Shown here piece by piece: positions 63,722-64,000 of a stretch of 64,000 bases of DNA. The stretch comes from Lophium mytilinum. Lineage: Eukaryota. The notes below the pieces were generated by a model. The model did no database searches and had not been told where the DNA came from. It saw only the letters and a program-made list of their open reading frames with translations. The DNA is taken from NCBI GenBank assembly GCA_010093605.1, contig MU004181.1:806001-870000 (forward strand). The letters are read 5' to 3'. The translations under genes and the position numbers were made by a program. Each line of letters starts with the position of its first letter. The stretch's first letter is position 1.

Positions 63722-64000
63722 TCATGCCTCAGTTTCTCCACTCGATTCGATGCGCTTTTGTCTCGGATGTATCGCTCCGTGCTCCGTGAGCTGCAACGGG
63801 TAGGCTGGTTCTGTGTTATGATCCTTTTGTTGCTTTGTTCGTGGGGGGCAGGATCTGCTCCTTTGGATATCCAGGGCTTGCATACTGGCGTTCACTGCTG
63901 CGTTCCATTTTGTGGGATTGCCTTGGTTGTACGGGTTTATGACTACTTCTCTAATGTCTTTATTTCCTGCGATCCACTAACGACTGCTTGGATCTGAATG

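Overview
Eukaryotic, intron-containing DNA from a filamentous ascomycete (Pezizomycotina-like: GT..CTAAC..AG introns of about 50-60 bp and orthologues of facB, cdc14, kti12, sgf29, arf6 and mannose-6-phosphate isomerase). Most of the window is housekeeping genes. The standout is a ~13 kb head-to-tail array of three full-length, strongly diverged Argonaute genes (20862-24295, 25260-28848, 30351-33734) plus a relic of a fourth (29215-29406). All three keep a D-E-D-D slicer tetrad. Two carry an N-terminal CCHC zinc knuckle (one with an RGG tract), and the third has charged insertions instead. Also present: a 732-bp non-autonomous Mutator-like foldback element with a perfect 9-bp TSD, a degenerate ~105-bp tandem array, a ~151-bp repeat family with one copy inside an intron, a Q/P-rich orphan ORF, and a pseudogene with RIP-like damage. 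Exon boundaries were read by eye and family calls come from motif recognition, not database searches.
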